A stretch of 64,000 nucleotides of DNA from Setoptus koraiensis (taxonomy: Eukaryota > Animalia > Arthropoda): NCBI GenBank assembly GCA_048013815.1, contig CM106586.1:2666001-2730000 (forward strand), given 5' to 3'. The notes below the pieces were generated by a model. That model ran no database searches, was not told the DNA's origin, and saw only the letters and a list, made by a program, of their open reading frames with translations. Shown piece by piece: positions 59,875 through 64,000 of this stretch (its first letter is position 1; the number at the start of each line of letters is the position of its first letter). The position numbers and the translations under genes are program-made.

Positions 59875-61797
59875 CTATAATTGCCAGTGTCATTCTTTGT
59901 GTGTTTGAGTGGACAACAAATTGCGATAGAGATAAAATGAAATGAAATGAGATAATTTTGACAAAATCAATTGTTTGTTGTATGCAACATTCGATCGCCA
60001 TCTTGCCTTGGTGCGTGCATCATTCTAGCGCCATCTTGGCTCGGTGTGTGCACCATTCGATCGCCATCTCAGCGTGTGCTGACTCCCGCATAGATGGTGC
60101 ATAGATTGCGCATTCGGTAACCGCCCCCTGTCACCCCCTTGCAACAATTGCGCCAGAGAAAGTGAAAAAAGGTTGAGGGGGGGGGGCACACACTGGCGAT
60201 AGTGCGAACTTTTAATAGTGCGGCTCTTGTTAGTTAACGGCCACGTGGCCACTGTCGACACACATCGAACAACCGACAGCAGCAACAACAACAGCATCGT
60301 GAGAGCGTGCGTGCGAGGGGGGCGGGCTGCGCAAATCTTGTCTTAAATAGTCACCATCAATAGTGAGTGGTGCAGTCAACAGTAATAATGAAAAATAATA
60401 ATGAATATATAGAGTCGATGTGGCAGAGGCCATTGTTGTTGGTCGCGCGCGTCCCATACAATTGTTTGTTCAGGCAGCAAACACAATCAAACAAGCGAGC
60501 GAGCGAGCACAACACAACGAGGCTTCAACAAGCTACTCACAACTGGCGAGGCGCGCGAGTGTGAAGAGTTGTTCAGCTACTCTTCACACTCGCACACACG
60601 CCTCTGGTTACTACTGCTCTAGTTACCAGTTACTAGTGTGCAGTTGGGTGGTGCACAGCAGCGCCAGTACGTGCAGCAAATGATATTACTGCACAAGGGC
60701 ACTATTTATAGTACACTGTACCAGGGGCGTATTATCGGCGCACACACTTACGAAAGAGTCTACAATGCAATTGGCGCAGCTTAGCTCGGCGCACAATATT
60801 TAGCAGCCAATATGGATCCGGCGGGGTAGCGATGTCGCCAGTGATGCCATCGTTTGTAAATGGTGTTAATTGAACGTGTGTGCGGCCCGCGCGCTTGTCC
60901 CCGAGCTCCGTCGTTTTGTGCGTCTCATTAATATTGAGATTCTGTACAGAAAACAAGCGGGCAAGCGAGCGGGCGAGCGCGAATAAAATAGGATAGAACA
61001 AAATGGTGCCAAGGAGTGCATCACACAGCAGAATGGATTAGAATAGAATCGTATGAAATCGAATTGAGTCAAATGGAATCGAATTTCTGTCAACTTGCCA
61101 CCGTTTCTGCCACCATTGGCCCAATAGCGTTGGCCCAATACTACATACGCGCTGTCTTAACGGCGCGCGCGGCCACGCTAAACTAGCCAACTAACCAATT
61201 GCACGGCGATGCCCTACAAATACAAACTGCACCCGCTGCACAGTGCGCGCTGGCATGCACCAGAAACACGATAAATGGGCCCCACTGAGAGGGCAGGCGG
61301 CGTGTTCATCATCGCGCCGATTGCCGGCACCAAACGCATTAAAGTGGCCTGTAGTTAGCCCGATAGTTGCGTAACGCGCCTGTAGACAATGCGCGACCAA
61401 GCGGGCATTGTAGACACCTGCAATTGCTCACAAATGTTGTTGTTGTTGTTGTTGTTGTTGTTGGCTGGTGCATGAGCACTATTATGCGCTGGCTCACACT
61501 GTGCTAGCCATCATCGCCACTACACTAATGCCACAACTGATGCAACCAATGATGCAACCAATGATGCAATAAGCACCGTAATAATCCAGCCAGCCAGCCA
61601 GCCAACCAGCCAACCAGCCAACCAACCAGCCGTCTCGGTGGCTCGGTTGCTGGGAGCCGCAGGGAGAGTGGGAGTGAGAGAGTGAAAGAAAAAGTAACAG
61701 CCAGCATATTACATGTAGATGCTGGACCCATCTAATAATGAGCGTTCTCTCAGAACGAAATTGGCGGCTTTTTAACCCCGCAATGGCCAATGTGTGC

Positions 61798-61828
<31 letters not shown>

Positions 61829-62195
61829 CACAGTGCATATGCGTTGTCGCTGCCAGCCGCCTTGCCCAAATAAGCTGCAGCTTATCCCCCGTGAAGGGGC
61901 CCCAACCAACTGGCGCACACGAATAGAGGAGACAGTATTTTATGTGCAGCCAGCGCGCACTCTTGCACCACATCTCGTGAGTGTGGTGCTCCAGTCGTGA
62001 CTCATAGATTTCACTATGCACCAACACGCATCCTCACCCAGAATTCCTCGGGCCACAATGGAACTGCTCGCTTCGCCAACAAATGAGGCCCGCTGTCTAA
62101 ACGCTGGCGCCTCTGCATCTTATCCGACACCCCGAATCAGCACCCAAATCGGCAGCCCGAATCGGCAACCCAAGCGAGGCCCAGAAGGCTCAAAA

Positions 62196-62245
62196 AGGCG
62201 CAAAGAGGCGCAAGGAGGCGCGAAGAGGCGCAAAGAGGCGCAAAA
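62196..62245. repeat. 10-bp tandem repeat x5 (aggcgcaaag)
   Basis: Direct reading. Confidence 0.75.
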
Positions 62246-64000
62246 GATTGAACGGCTGGCGTGTTAATGATTGGCTTCTGGTAACCAGAATCTGGTTGAT
62301 AAAATCCTGTTTGTGTGCACACTTTTCGGTAGCTTACCCTCTGATTTTGACTTTTATGAGTGCCGATGCAGAGCCGGTCGCGTCTTCGCATTGATTGAAC
62401 GGTGCCAAACAGTGATTGGTATTATTACTTTTAGATTGTGCAAATTAAATTGTTATTGTTCCAATTGATCGATTGTACACCTGAGCTGGTGCCCATTGTC
62501 GGTTGTGGCATCTTCATGATGACTTTTTAACAGTGCTAATTGTATGCTGTTGCCGTCCGAACCAAACAAAACGAACAAATCTAATAACAACTAATCTATG
62601 TGATGCATACACAAAATTATATCCATGTGTGAGCATAGATAGACAAGTCACTTATTGAACAGCCTACACCGCTAGTTGACAGCATAATCTAGCTGCCACT
62701 TGCTGGCTCATCAAAAGCCACATAGACAGCGCGCGTGCCAGTGTCACTCACGACCAACACAAACCATTTTGCAAGCTCCAATACCCAAACACGTAACACC
62801 TCATTCGGCTAACCAACCAGACACATTAGCATGGCCAAAATCAATCTCTACTTGTTATTTTTCTCACACAACAAAATAGACAAAACGTAAACATTATATA
62901 CTTGATATTATATAACACTTCACATCATGTCATACATTATATGAAATTTCTTCTCATCCCAGGCTATCAAACAACAGACAGCAAAAAAGTAAAAGTGATA
63001 ACTTAGACACCTGGCAGAATCATAACTCACAACTGGAGGCTCTGCAAGCACGTGGTGCACCAGTAATGGGGCCATCGCGCATAATGCTGTCACTGGACGG
63101 ATGGTCGCAAAGTTATCATATTGAGGCCAGACAGGACACAATATATTTGGAGGGGCACAAAAGTGAAGTGCCCAACAGCGTGACAGGCGCAAACAGTACA
63201 GTTAGATAGATATATAGAGAGACAAATGAGAAAGAAAAAACCAACTCTAACACGGATAAATAGACAGCAAGCCAAAAGTTCGGGTGTTATTTTAAAGTGG
63301 AACAACAGAATCTAATTGTAACACATCAGCAGTTTGCACACTCATACTGTGTAGACCACGAGCAAGCTGGGCCATTTGTAAGGACACACTTGCACATTGC
63401 TATTGCTATTTGCTTGCCTCTACATAGACGTAGAGTTATGTTTGAATACATTGGAAACAGCGGAGTACTTGAATGACTCAGCCATTACAGCAGATATTTG
63501 CTAAATGGCCCCTAGGCTAAAAAGACAAAAGATATATATATCTATGTAAGAATGACCAATTCGATTGCGTCCATCGGCAACGATGATGCTGTTGCTGTTC
63601 TCGGCACAAACTGGAGCAAGGTATTGTTGATGTGTTTTGTTCACTAAAGTGCCACAACAAAAAAAGTGTGCTCACCGCCATAAATTTCCAAGTGTCTTTA
63701 CTACCATAACGATCTCGGAGTATAGCTCAAAACCATACTGGAATCATCATTATGATTCTGGCACAACCAACTCCCAGTATATACTTGCACACAGCATACC
63801 AAAAAACAAGAAAAACAGGATATTCCCGAATAGAATTGTTGTCTACCGGTCTCGGACCATCTTAGGGCCCCAAAATCATCGAGCGTTCATTGATCCCTAA
63901 CGAATCGCTTGCACACTGTGTCTCTCGAGTTTAAACCACTCTCAAGCCATTTCTTTGTCAAATCAAACAAGTCCATTTAATAGTTGTTATGATTGTTGAG

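Noticed and set aside
60025-60297. MLLLLLLSVVRC... as the basigin signal peptide
   Set aside because: The hydrophobic run comes from a CTG/TTG microsatellite, and I found no clear donor linking it to exon 59874.
1-64000. tRNA, rRNA or telomeric repeats
   Set aside because: None recognised by eye; tRNAscan and Infernal were not run.

Overview
This is eukaryotic, arthropod-like DNA. The intron-poor, tightly packed genes and an HR4 without a ligand-binding domain (LBD) fit a miniaturised mite, possibly eriophyoid (inference). The window has four zones. (1) 0.7-12.4 kb: a compact cluster of MFAP1, GatB, scribble (only 2 PDZ), IscA2, SmE and a Kir K+ channel, with only one intron in any of their coding sequences. 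(2) 13.9-25.8 kb: a mosaic built from copies of neighbouring sequence. It holds HR4 upstream modules, three Kir pseudo-fragments, IscA2 and SmE pseudogenes, inverted GatB and scribble fragments, and an intact 500-aa miniature HR4 paralog that shows synonymous-biased divergence plus near-identical tracts. (3) 26.6-45 kb: a single-ORF 1332-aa HR4 (NR6A) that stops without an LBD, followed by about 14 kb of non-coding DNA with ecdysone-response-element-like IR-1 sites and bZIP palindromes. (4) 46-60 kb: a minus-strand basigin/neuroplastin-family gene whose exons phase together into four Ig domains plus a TM helix. The most interesting system is the locally amplified, differentially decayed HR4/Kir block. 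It appears to have produced a second streamlined DBD-only HR4 and placed HR4 upstream modules in front of the Kir gene. All identities and alignments were done by eye, and assembly or polishing artefact cannot be excluded without reads.
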